From the NCBI GenBank assembly GCA_050950825.1, contig JBMNIH010000005.1, positions 1 through 64,000 of the forward strand: a DNA stretch of 64,000 nucleotides, in the 5' to 3' direction. The DNA comes from Clostridia bacterium (GTDB taxonomy: Bacteria; Bacillota; Clostridia; JAAYHZ01). Shown here one piece after another: positions 55,711-64,000 of this stretch. Made by a program: the position numbers and the translations under genes. The notes beneath the pieces are model-generated. The model had not been told where the DNA came from and did not search any database. It worked only from the letters and a program-made list of their open reading frames with translations. Each line of letters begins with the position of its first letter. The first letter of the stretch is position 1.

Positions 55711-55740
55711 ATTAGACGAAGACAAAGCAAATAGGTTCCC
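55711..55740 (-). promoter_or_regulatory. ECF-type promoter
   Basis: GGGAAC-N16-CGTCTAAT upstream of the lipoprotein start. Confidence 0.7.
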
Positions 55741-55814
55741 TGTATCGTAAAAAAACGATCCTCTTTATTTTCCGGTATTAAAGGAAAAGGCAAACAATAA
55801 ACGGCAAAGGGTAC

Positions 55815-55852
55815 AAAAAACCCGCTTGAACGGGACCGTTCAAACGGGTTTT
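55815..55852 (-). terminator. intrinsic terminator
   Basis: AAAACCCGTTTGAACGG/CCGTTCAAGCGGGTTTTTT on minus strand. Confidence 0.75.
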
Positions 55853-55882
55853 GATGCCTTCTATTCCATGTGATTTAAAGAA

Positions 55883-58800
55883 TCAGCCCTTTATCAGCTT
55901 TGCAAGAGGAATTCGGAAGGTATCGTTCACACGAATGTTATACACATACTCTTCGCGAGACTTCCCCTTAAAGGACCGTATCAAGGTAACGCCGCCGATG
56001 TCAAGCTCGATGCTCCCGTCGGGATTCGATTTTGCGCTTCGGATTTTGTACGCACCGTTTTCTTCTTTATCGTTGTCGATATAAATGAAGCGGCCGGCCA
56101 AGTCCATTGGATCTACATTTGGGCTATCGGGTCTTATGAATATTTTGTTGCTGTCCGAAAGGGTTTTTGTAAAGTCTGTCACCTTTCCGGTTACGGCTCC
56201 TTTGTCCGCAATCTTCCCGTCGATTATATCGCCGTCATTTACGTATTTAAACAGGACTTTTCCGTCCCTTTCGGCATACACCCCTATAAAGCCTCGAAAA
56301 TCAAACAGGTTATCCACGCGGTATGTTGCACCGGGATTTGTCGAATAAACGATGTAGTCCGTTCTGCCCTTTGCCGTTGTCACTTTGACGGCCTTTACCT
56401 TATCTTTCGGATCTATATTTCCGTCTATTAAAACCGCATCCGCAGCTTCAACGGATTTTAAGATTCTTCGATGCCTGTACGGCTCGAAAACGACGGTAAA
56501 CAACGTATCCAAATCGCTTCCCGTACGCTTTACAAAAACATAATCGAGATCGGGCACGTTGATGTTTTGGTACTTTTTCGGCGTATGCCCCTTAACGACG
56601 GCCACTTCATCGAAAGGCTCATCGGACAGCACGGTCATACGCAGGTGAAGCCCCGAAGGATCGGATAGGACTTTGTTAAAATCCTTCACCTTAAAATCCA
56701 CGGAGAACGAAGAAGGCTTGTTTTGATCCCGCCTTACGGTATGGGTCCAAGTGTATCCTCTCGGGTATACCGTTTTGTACCGCCAAGACTGCGGCGAATG
56801 GGGATCCGGTCCGTACGGCACGTCCGGTCCCGCATAGGAGCCGACGTAATTTCCGTTTTCGTCTTGCTGCGGAATCAAGCAAAGCCCTTCCGTTTCATCA
56901 ATCTCATCCGATTGGGAATGGAAGCTGTACAAATGGGATTGTCCTCCTAGAATTCGGAAAAAGTCCACGCCGTAGCATATCTTATCTTCCGCCTCCACCA
57001 TGACCAAGGATCTTCTGTAGCTTTCCGTTTTTTCGAATTGCTTCGGGGCATCCACATCCATAACCTTGACGATACCGCTGTCATCAAAATGAAGCGGATA
57101 ACCTCCTTTTCCGTTGGGGAAAGGTTGATTTTGCGTCTCCCCGTCTACCAATACCGTGTTGTGGCTTAACGTCTGCTGCACCCACTGCAAGCGGTTAGGC
57201 TGCACCCCGGTCATTTCGGGATACCCGAGATCCGGTGCCATGTTCAAATCAAAAGCGCTGATTCCCAAATTTAACGTGTCCCGATGCCCGTGTCCCGTAT
57301 TCCTACCGAAATACATCCAAAAATCCTGCTTGCCTAAGCTTTTGTCGGCGGGATTGGAACGCAGTATGGCAAAGCCGAAACCGGTCATCATATCGCTTTC
57401 CAATTCGAGAGGCCCCTTTTGATCGATGACTTCCTGCACCTTTTGCCGGATATCCAAAGGATCCTTTTCCGTTATGCCTAACCTCAATCCTTCCGTTTTG
57501 TTTCCGTTTTCAAGAAATGCAATCCGGGCGAACACGTCGTCCTTGTATTTTTGAAATCCTTTAAGGGCGATCTCCTTCGACATCCATATAAAGGTACCCG
57601 CCGTGCTCCCGGAGTCACCGATTTGAGGAGAATAGTAGCCTCCGGCGATTACCGGTATCAATGCGGTAAACATCTTTTTAAACTTGGGATGACCGTACAA
57701 ATCCGCCTCTTTGACCTTGTCGTAGCCGTCCAAAACGTCCGCCACGCTCATCATGGAACGGATCCAGCCCACGTTGTAGCCGGAGGCCTCGTCCCCCATG
57801 CCGTCCCGGTCCACAATATCGATCAAGGTCCTTTCGATGTTGCCGCCCGTAATGGGAACGTTCCGGTCTCCGTCGGCCATCAGCCATTCGATCCATTGCT
57901 TGGACTCGGGCATGGTATCCAATACAACGGCAATCGTTGCCACCGCCAGTTGGTGATATCCGAAATTCCCCAAAACCTCCCCGTTTACGGCTCCCTCGAA
58001 GCTTGCCCGCAAAATACCGTCTTCAATGTTGTTTCGTATTTGCGTTCCGTTGGTTTTGGCATGGCTCATTTTCACGGTCTTCGATTTTTCATACAAGTAA
58101 TTCACAACGTAGGGATCGTCGAATACGGGAAACAGACAATCGTAGGCTTCCGCTAAGGTTCTTACCACACCGGTCTCCCATATGGAATCGATGGTTTTTC
58201 CTTTCCAACCTCTTCCGTGGCATTCGTCTCCTAATAGGTAGTGATAATCGGGGTAAAGGTCCGCAACTCGGTCCAGCAAAATACCTCCCGCTCGTCCGTA
58301 CTTCGGATCCCCCGTATAGGCGTAGGCTAAGGCCAAGGCATGCAGCGCTTCCACAATGGCGCTTCCTCCTTTTTGGCTCTTGCACCAAAGTCCCCAATGC
58401 ATGTAGTAGCCGATATACGTATGCCTTTCCATGACGCCGTTTTCGTAAATATGGGGATTTCCCTTTTCGTCCTTGGGGATATATCCGAATCCGTCGTCTA
58501 CACCCCAGCCTTCTCCCTTTTCGGGATAAAGCTCGTTTACCAAATACCCGGGTTTTCCCGATCGGATCAGCAAATCGTTCTTTTCCTTGGCCAAAACCGG
58601 GTCAAACACGCCGTATTCGTTAATCCCGAGCTTATAATATTCGCCGAAATTATTGCTTGGAAACCTTCTTTGGCAATGAGGGCACTTCACCTTCCAAGGA
58701 TCCTCCAACGCATTGATAATCCAAGGATAGTTGCCGTAAAGAGCCCGAAGGTCCGTGCCGCAGTAGCGGCAGTAGTACCCGAACGGGTCTCCTTCCTTTC

Positions 58801-59260
58801 CTACGGTAAGGCAGCGGGCGATTCCCTCTCCCGGGACCAAATCCCACAGCTTGTCTTCGAATTTCAAGTAGTAGTCTGCCGATTCGATCACCGCATCCGC
58901 TTCTTTTTTCGCCCAATCGTACCTACGGATGTTTTCCCTTGCAATCAGCCGTTTTTCCGTGGTCATCAGGGTAGGCTTCGTTTTCCCTACGAAAACCGGC
59001 AAACGAGCTTCCGTGCTAACAACGTCATTATCGTATTCCGCCGTCACACGGAACACCGCATCTCCTTCTTTTTTCGGCGTTACAAAGCCGTCGCAAGATA
59101 CATCCGCAACCTCCGGCGTCAAGGACTCGAATGTTACATTGATATCGGATCGATTTACTTTTTCTCCCGACTCCGGATACCCGGTTATATACAACCTGCA
59201 GTTATTGTCCGAAAGCTTAATATATCGGCTTCCTCCGGCCGTTACATCTATTCTAAGCAT
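55883..59260 (-). CDS. heparinase II/III-like polysaccharide lyase-fold protein with N-terminal Ig-like domain
   Basis: GHGHRD, PDLGY, SHNTVLVDG; CRYC...CPHC; no signal peptide. Confidence 0.8.
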   Translation of the reverse strand: MLRIDVTAGGSRYIKLSDNNCRLYITGYPESGEKVNRSDINVTFESLTPEVADVSCDGFVTPKKEGDAVFRVTAEYDNDVVSTEARLPVFVGKTKPTLMTTEKRLIARENIRRYDWAKKEADAVIESADYYLKFEDKLWDLVPGEGIARCLTVGKEGDPFGYYCRYCGTDLRALYGNYPWIINALEDPWKVKCPHCQRRFPSNNFGEYYKLGINEYGVFDPVLAKEKNDLLIRSGKPGYLVNELYPEKGEGWGVDDGFGYIPKDEKGNPHIYENGVMERHTYIGYYMHWGLWCKSQKGGSAIVEALHALALAYAYTGDPKYGRAGGILLDRVADLYPDYHYLLGDECHGRGWKGKTIDSIWETGVVRTLAEAYDCLFPVFDDPYVVNYLYEKSKTVKMSHAKTNGTQIRNNIEDGILRASFEGAVNGEVLGNFGYHQLAVATIAVVLDTMPESKQWIEWLMADGDRNVPITGGNIERTLIDIVDRDGMGDEASGYNVGWIRSMMSVADVLDGYDKVKEADLYGHPKFKKMFTALIPVIAGGYYSPQIGDSGSTAGTFIWMSKEIALKGFQKYKDDVFARIAFLENGNKTEGLRLGITEKDPLDIRQKVQEVIDQKGPLELESDMMTGFGFAILRSNPADKSLGKQDFWMYFGRNTGHGHRDTLNLGISAFDLNMAPDLGYPEMTGVQPNRLQWVQQTLSHNTVLVDGETQNQPFPNGKGGYPLHFDDSGIVKVMDVDAPKQFEKTESYRRSLVMVEAEDKICYGVDFFRILGGQSHLYSFHSQSDEIDETEGLCLIPQQDENGNYVGSYAGPDVPYGPDPHSPQSWRYKTVYPRGYTWTHTVRRDQNKPSSFSVDFKVKDFNKVLSDPSGLHLRMTVLSDEPFDEVAVVKGHTPKKYQNINVPDLDYVFVKRTGSDLDTLFTVVFEPYRHRRILKSVEAADAVLIDGNIDPKDKVKAVKVTTAKGRTDYIVYSTNPGATYRVDNLFDFRGFIGVYAERDGKVLFKYVNDGDIIDGKIADKGAVTGKVTDFTKTLSDSNKIFIRPDSPNVDPMDLAGRFIYIDNDKEENGAYKIRSAKSNPDGSIELDIGGVTLIRSFKGKSREEYVYNIRVNDTFRIPLAKLIKG

Positions 59261-59283
59261 GGATAGTCCTCCTTTGAAAAATC

Positions 59284-59307
59284 CCCATGGACAATTCCGT
59301 CCATGGG
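59284..59307. terminator. intergenic hairpin
   Basis: CCCATGGAC-N6-GTCCATGGG between the two lyase-like genes. Confidence 0.55.
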
Positions 59308-59325
59308 TTTTCGAAATCCGGTTTT

Positions 59326-61950
59326 TTACTTAAAGCTTTGATGTACGACAGGCCTTCTTATAACTTCATGGATTCCGTCGTAGGTCCTTAAAGGAAAACA
59401 TTGATCCGTGCTTTGGCCCTTCACGGGATCAAAGACGAACCCTAAGCTGCCGTCCAACACAATTTCGGTAAATTCTCCTTTGCGATTCCACGCCTTTACT
59501 TTATACCCGAAGGTCCGATCCTTTCTTCGAATCAAGACGGTTTCGTTCTTTTCGGGATTCATGAGTCCCTTCGGATCGTATACCGTAATTTTGCTTTCTT
59601 CGTATCCCGATTCCACCCGTTCGAAAGGACAAGCGACAAAAGGCTCGGTTGCGATTACGGTATCGTTAAAACGAATCGTACCGCAGCTTACCGACACATC
59701 CGAAGGCTTGCCGTCTTTCATTCTCAAAAAGCCGTACAGCCCGTTTACGGTTACATAAGAGGCATCGTCCGTCGGTAAGGAATAGTCCTTCCGGATGTTG
59801 AAAAACACATAATCCGAGAAAGAATCTCCTTGGATTTTAAGAATGACGCTGTCTCCTTCTTGATAAACCTTTCGAATCGTATTGATCTTTGCTTCGCCGT
59901 CATAAGGTTCCATCACCGAGCAGAAAACGGAGCCTTCTTCACCGGGAAATCTTCTTACCATAACGAACGGACGCAAATAGCGCTCCAACGCATCGTCGTC
60001 GTTATTTCCTTGTCTTACGGAGGAAGAAAAGCCGGTGTACAACCGATCCGTATCTTCCGTAAAGCTGCGGATACGGATTCCCAATTGTTTTTCCCGTTCA
60101 TCCGGCAAAAACTTTTCCTTTTCGTCTTTCGGACCTACCGGTAAACCGGTGTAGGAAAAGTTCCATTTGACCTGTCCCGATTCGGAAGGGGAAGCTTCTT
60201 TGATGTTGCTTAATAAGCCGTAGATGTATCCTTTTCTGGCGCAGTGAAAGACTTGGTGTTCTCCCGTCGGAGGAGCAAACTCCGTACCTTCGGGAAGAAG
60301 GGTATCCAATTTGACATAACGGTCATACGAAGGGTCCTCCATAACCGGCTCTTGTTCGGCGATACAGTCGCCGTGGAGGATGTAATCGTGTTGCTTGCCT
60401 CCTTTTACGAAAAACAGATCCGTCAAATAGAAGTTCTTTGAATTCGTTTGGATTCGGGCAATCGTACGCCTGTATTCCTCCGTTAATCCGGGGTAAACTT
60501 GGGGATTGTCTACGGATAGGATTTGAAATACGGGATTACGATCGTCGTAGAACCGTAAATTGCCGTCAACGACGTGCTTGTGCCCGCTGTGCTGGTTTTT
60601 GCAGTCCACAACAACGGTGTTGTGAGCCAACGTGGCTAACGTCAAGCAACGGTACTTGGTATGGGTGTAGCCGATATCCGACAGCATTTCTCTTCCGTAC
60701 GCCGTTACCATTATGGACAAGCCGTCCATATGCTGGTGACCGTATCCCCCGCGGAAGGTTAAGTCCACCCTTCCCGTCGACTCTCCGATACCTCCGGTTA
60801 AACAACCGTGTCCTAGCACGGGCAGGAGGAAGGATTCTTCTTTGTGGTCATTCGGTACCTTCGGATAAGGATATTTTGCATGCCCCCAAGAATCATGGCA
60901 GGTCAATCGTCCTCCGTAAGGGAATTTTTGTTTCTCCAAAGTATCCACAATCCCTTTAATTTCCGGGCACAAATCCCTTAAGGAGGTTCCGTCTAAAAAC
61001 AAATCCGATTCTCCGGGAACATAAGAAGGCGGGTCTATCCATCCGTCATAATAGTCGCAGACCTCCAGGATTCCGTTTAAGGTTTGGGCGGTATAGTCCG
61101 GGCTTCCTTCGCACCACGCGCCGTCGGCAAAAAATCCTTCTTTGATAAGCTTCTTAATATCCGGAATGGGATAGTGTATGTATTTGACGTCTTTTAATAT
61201 CCGCCCCAGCTTTACGATGGTTCGCCAAAGGTAGGGGTGCATATTTCCAAGACCCGTTTTTTGGGCTATTAAATGGTCCGCATTGTCTCTGAAAAACCAC
61301 TCGATTTTACCCCGGACGTCTTCATTCATTTCCTTGTCCAGGTCCTGCCAAAAATCACCGTCTTTTAATATTTCATAAGCCGATAGCAAATCCAATTTCA
61401 GATCCGTAAAGCCCCACCAGTGGTAACGGGCGGTACGATAATCTTGTCTGCAGTCCTTCGGGTCGACGTATCCTTGGTACCATTGCTTCTGAATAAAGGG
61501 ATAATCGAAGTGCCAGCAGTACCGAGGCCATACGACGGCAAATCGGTGAAGCATCAATGCCGCTTTCCTTGCATACTCCGTATTTTTCGTCTCTTTCCAT
61601 CTTTGGGCAAGCTTTAATATCAAGGCTTCGCAAAACGCTCTTTTGTTGTATTCGCGGGACGCCGTAAAGTAGTAGCGGTACCCCTCTTTGTTTTCGTAAT
61701 AGGGGTAAGAAATGATGTCTCCGCCCGGCGACAAGACCTCTTCCGTCTTATCGTCTTTGTATATATCGTTAGGATATGCCATACCGCAGTAGGTACAGCG
61801 GACCACATCCGGCTCATCCGGCCTCCAGTCCCTCAATTGGTTTTCTTGGTACCCTCCGGTGCAATTGGGACAGCCTACGAAATACAAGCCGGCTCTGTCC
61901 GGAACCAGCTCCAAAAGCCGACTTTCCGATAAATTCATCCATTGGTCCAT
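59326..61950 (-). CDS. heparinase II/III-like protein
   Basis: DGAWCEGSPDY, GHQHMD, SDIGY, AHNTVVVD; CPNC...CTYC. Confidence 0.8.
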   Translation of the reverse strand: MDQWMNLSESRLLELVPDRAGLYFVGCPNCTGGYQENQLRDWRPDEPDVVRCTYCGMAYPNDIYKDDKTEEVLSPGGDIISYPYYENKEGYRYYFTASREYNKRAFCEALILKLAQRWKETKNTEYARKAALMLHRFAVVWPRYCWHFDYPFIQKQWYQGYVDPKDCRQDYRTARYHWWGFTDLKLDLLSAYEILKDGDFWQDLDKEMNEDVRGKIEWFFRDNADHLIAQKTGLGNMHPYLWRTIVKLGRILKDVKYIHYPIPDIKKLIKEGFFADGAWCEGSPDYTAQTLNGILEVCDYYDGWIDPPSYVPGESDLFLDGTSLRDLCPEIKGIVDTLEKQKFPYGGRLTCHDSWGHAKYPYPKVPNDHKEESFLLPVLGHGCLTGGIGESTGRVDLTFRGGYGHQHMDGLSIMVTAYGREMLSDIGYTHTKYRCLTLATLAHNTVVVDCKNQHSGHKHVVDGNLRFYDDRNPVFQILSVDNPQVYPGLTEEYRRTIARIQTNSKNFYLTDLFFVKGGKQHDYILHGDCIAEQEPVMEDPSYDRYVKLDTLLPEGTEFAPPTGEHQVFHCARKGYIYGLLSNIKEASPSESGQVKWNFSYTGLPVGPKDEKEKFLPDEREKQLGIRIRSFTEDTDRLYTGFSSSVRQGNNDDDALERYLRPFVMVRRFPGEEGSVFCSVMEPYDGEAKINTIRKVYQEGDSVILKIQGDSFSDYVFFNIRKDYSLPTDDASYVTVNGLYGFLRMKDGKPSDVSVSCGTIRFNDTVIATEPFVACPFERVESGYEESKITVYDPKGLMNPEKNETVLIRRKDRTFGYKVKAWNRKGEFTEIVLDGSLGFVFDPVKGQSTDQCFPLRTYDGIHEVIRRPVVHQSFK

Positions 61951-61968
61951 GGTTTCGCCCTCCAAAAA

Positions 61969-62460
61969 TTATAACTCCGTGTAATAGATTACCGTCTGAA
62001 GCTGCCGGTCAAAACCGGATTGCTCGTATGCTTTTCTTGCGGATGCAAAAGTCGGTCCCAAACCGGTATCCACTCTTGCATATTTCATGCCCTTTTCCCG
62101 CATGGTATCCATCGCCTTTTTATACAAACGTTTTCCGATACCGCGTCCTTGGTACGCGGGATCCACGCTGTTGTTGCCCAATATACCGCATAGAGTTTGA
62201 TCGTCGCATTTTAACGTAACGAAGCCTACGATCTTGCCGTCGATTTCCGCCACGAAGGCATCCCAACCGCTTCCTTCTTTGCAAGCGTCTCGAACCGCTT
62301 TTTTCTTTTTCTCTTTCCAATCCTTGTGAACCGCCTGAAAGATGTTATCTCCCATCTTTTCTCGATAGAAGTCATAGTGTACGGAAAAAGCCTTCACCGC
62401 GATTTCCTCTACGACTTCAATGTCCGAATCAACTACTCTTCTGATTACAATATCGTCCAT
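61969..62460 (-). CDS. GNAT acetyltransferase
   Basis: VDPAYQGRGIGKRL; ARKAYEQSGF. Confidence 0.9.
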   Translation of the reverse strand: MDDIVIRRVVDSDIEVVEEIAVKAFSVHYDFYREKMGDNIFQAVHKDWKEKKKKAVRDACKEGSGWDAFVAEIDGKIVGFVTLKCDDQTLCGILGNNSVDPAYQGRGIGKRLYKKAMDTMREKGMKYARVDTGLGPTFASARKAYEQSGFDRQLQTVIYYTEL

Positions 62461-62612
62461 TTTTATCCTCCCTAAGGTCGGTATTGTGTGTTCATTATAT
62501 CATAGCCGCATCTTTGTACCATAAAAAGTTTGGGAAGGTTTGAAACCCGGAAGGTTGATGTTTTAGGAAGGATTTTATAGAATGAAAGCATAGAAACCGA
62601 CGGGAGGGCATT

Positions 62613-63776
62613 ATGGACGAACGGATTTTCATACCTTACGGCTTTTTGATTGTGGTAGACGATGTAGGCTGGTGGTGCGGGTATGACCAAAGGTACAAAA
62701 ACGGACCGTCCCGCTCCGGCATCGAACGTTACCACTGCATTGAAGACTACAAAGCCATCATCGAGATCGGAAAAAGCTTAAACATGCGAATCAAGTGCGG
62801 GTTTGTGGCGGGAGAATGGGACCGAAATAACATATTGGCCAAGGTGCCAAACTCCAACAAGCACGGGTCCGATTGGGACAATGCGTCAAGGCTCCACCCT
62901 CAGATCGAAGAAGCGGCCCACCTTATCAATGCCAACAGTCCGTACATCGAGCTTGCCATGCACGGCGTTATGCATATGTACCGGGACGATGACGGAAAAA
63001 TGCAGCCTGCCGAATTTTATCAACGAGACGAAAAAACGGGCAAAAACCGCATGACGCCGCCATCCGTTATACGGCGGCACATCGATGCGTTTTTTGAGAT
63101 ATTGCGGCAAAACCGGTTGTCTACCGACATTGTAAGCTTCATTCCCCCCTGCTTTATATACACCTACTCCAAGGAAGATGACCACCTTTCACATATTCTC
63201 GCCGAATACGGCATCAAATACATATCCACCCCTTTTCCGAGCATGCAGTACACTTCTTCCGAAAAACCGGTTTCCGCCTGCGTGGAAAACGGAATCATCA
63301 CGGTAGACAGAACCGGGGATTTGACCGGGTGGTACGAGGTCGATGCCAAAACTCCCGAAACAATCAAGAAAAGCTACTACGGCATGCACTGGCCTAACTT
63401 TTTGAACCAAGACCCCGACAAGAACATGGATACGGTAAACCGATGGATTCGGTACTTTAAAAAATACGAAGGCCAATTCGAGATATTGCCGGCAAGAAAC
63501 AACATGGAAGGGTCCTCCCAAGCCTTGTACAAAAGGTTTATCGATATGAAGGTTTCGGAAGACAAGGCGGTTTTGGATTTTACCGAACCGAACCTACGGG
63601 AAGCGACGGGCCTTACCGATTACTTTTTCATCAATGCCAAAAACAACGTGACCTTATCCGCCGACTCCTCCGTCGATATAGAGGCCGACAAGATTTACGA
63701 AGACTATACCACCTACAAGATCACCCGAAAAAAACCTTATTCGCCTTACGCCGTCCTTACAATTAATAGTCGGTAG
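62613..63776 (+). CDS. hypothetical protein, NodB/deacetylase-like
   Basis: VVDD, MHG..H, FIPP. Confidence 0.55.
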   Translation: MDERIFIPYGFLIVVDDVGWWCGYDQRYKNGPSRSGIERYHCIEDYKAIIEIGKSLNMRIKCGFVAGEWDRNNILAKVPNSNKHGSDWDNASRLHPQIEEAAHLINANSPYIELAMHGVMHMYRDDDGKMQPAEFYQRDEKTGKNRMTPPSVIRRHIDAFFEILRQNRLSTDIVSFIPPCFIYTYSKEDDHLSHILAEYGIKYISTPFPSMQYTSSEKPVSACVENGIITVDRTGDLTGWYEVDAKTPETIKKSYYGMHWPNFLNQDPDKNMDTVNRWIRYFKKYEGQFEILPARNNMEGSSQALYKRFIDMKVSEDKAVLDFTEPNLREATGLTDYFFINAKNNVTLSADSSVDIEADKIYEDYTTYKITRKKPYSPYAVLTINSR

Positions 63777-64000
63777 CCTTTACCTTGGCGATGGTTTTTT
63801 CAATGTATCGTTTTAACTTTTCCTCGAAAACATCGGGAGTGATTTCTTTGTTTTCAATCATAAACAAGCCTTTTTCCCAGCTCGCCGTCAAGATCGGGTT
63901 TAAAAGCTCCTTAGCGGTTCGAGCCACAATATTGACGATTTCCTCCCCTTTGGGAGTCGGCGTTACGATACGGGTTCTCGGTTGAATCTTGATGTGCTTG
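63763..64000 (-). CDS. topB: type IA DNA topoisomerase (topo III-like), 3' end only
   Basis: Manual translation: VTPTPKGEEIV...ELLNPILTASWEKGLFMIE...TDY*; not in ORF track. Confidence 0.75.
   Translation of the reverse strand, partial: KHIKIQPRTRIVTPTPKGEEIVNIVARTAKELLNPILTASWEKGLFMIENKEITPDVFEEKLKRYIEKTIAKVKATDY

Noticed and set aside
57551-59333. Plus-strand ORFs up to 308 aa
   Set aside because: Antisense to the heparinase-like gene; no RBS or motifs

Overview
Chromosomal window, most likely from an anaerobic Bacillota (Clostridia-like) genome, judged from AGGAGG-type RBSs, sigmaA-type promoters, and CsoR, YtrA, DHHW/MBOAT and clostridial-type ATP synthase genes. It opens in a partial IS1182/IS5-like DDE transposase and ends in the 3' end of a type IA topoisomerase (probably topB); the ORF track misses both. 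Recognisable modules: a complete atpZ-I-B-E-F-H-A-G-D-C F-type ATP synthase operon with a Na+-type but glycine-zipper-less c subunit, a peptidase cluster (S66, M55, M20), an ECF sigma/anti-sigma pair, a GntR(YtrA)-ABC exporter, csoR-copA-copZ, sfsA and a lipoprotein-MBOAT-DHHW O-acylation operon. Many poorly characterised carbohydrate-enzyme-like genes, mostly without signal peptides, lie between them (beta-propellers, DUF4838, two Cys4-bearing heparinase II/III-like proteins, three NodB-like proteins, DegT aminotransferase, nitrilases). The most unusual observations are the c subunit, two unannotated paralogous 28/38-aa hydrophobic peptides, a lipoprotein-signal/AraC chimera, an oxalate decarboxylase collapsed by three in-frame deletions, and a flavin-reductase/PCP_red fusion. 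No rRNA, tRNA or CRISPR array was seen. All family calls are by-eye motif recognition, not database results, and no single clearly new system can be proven from the sequence alone.
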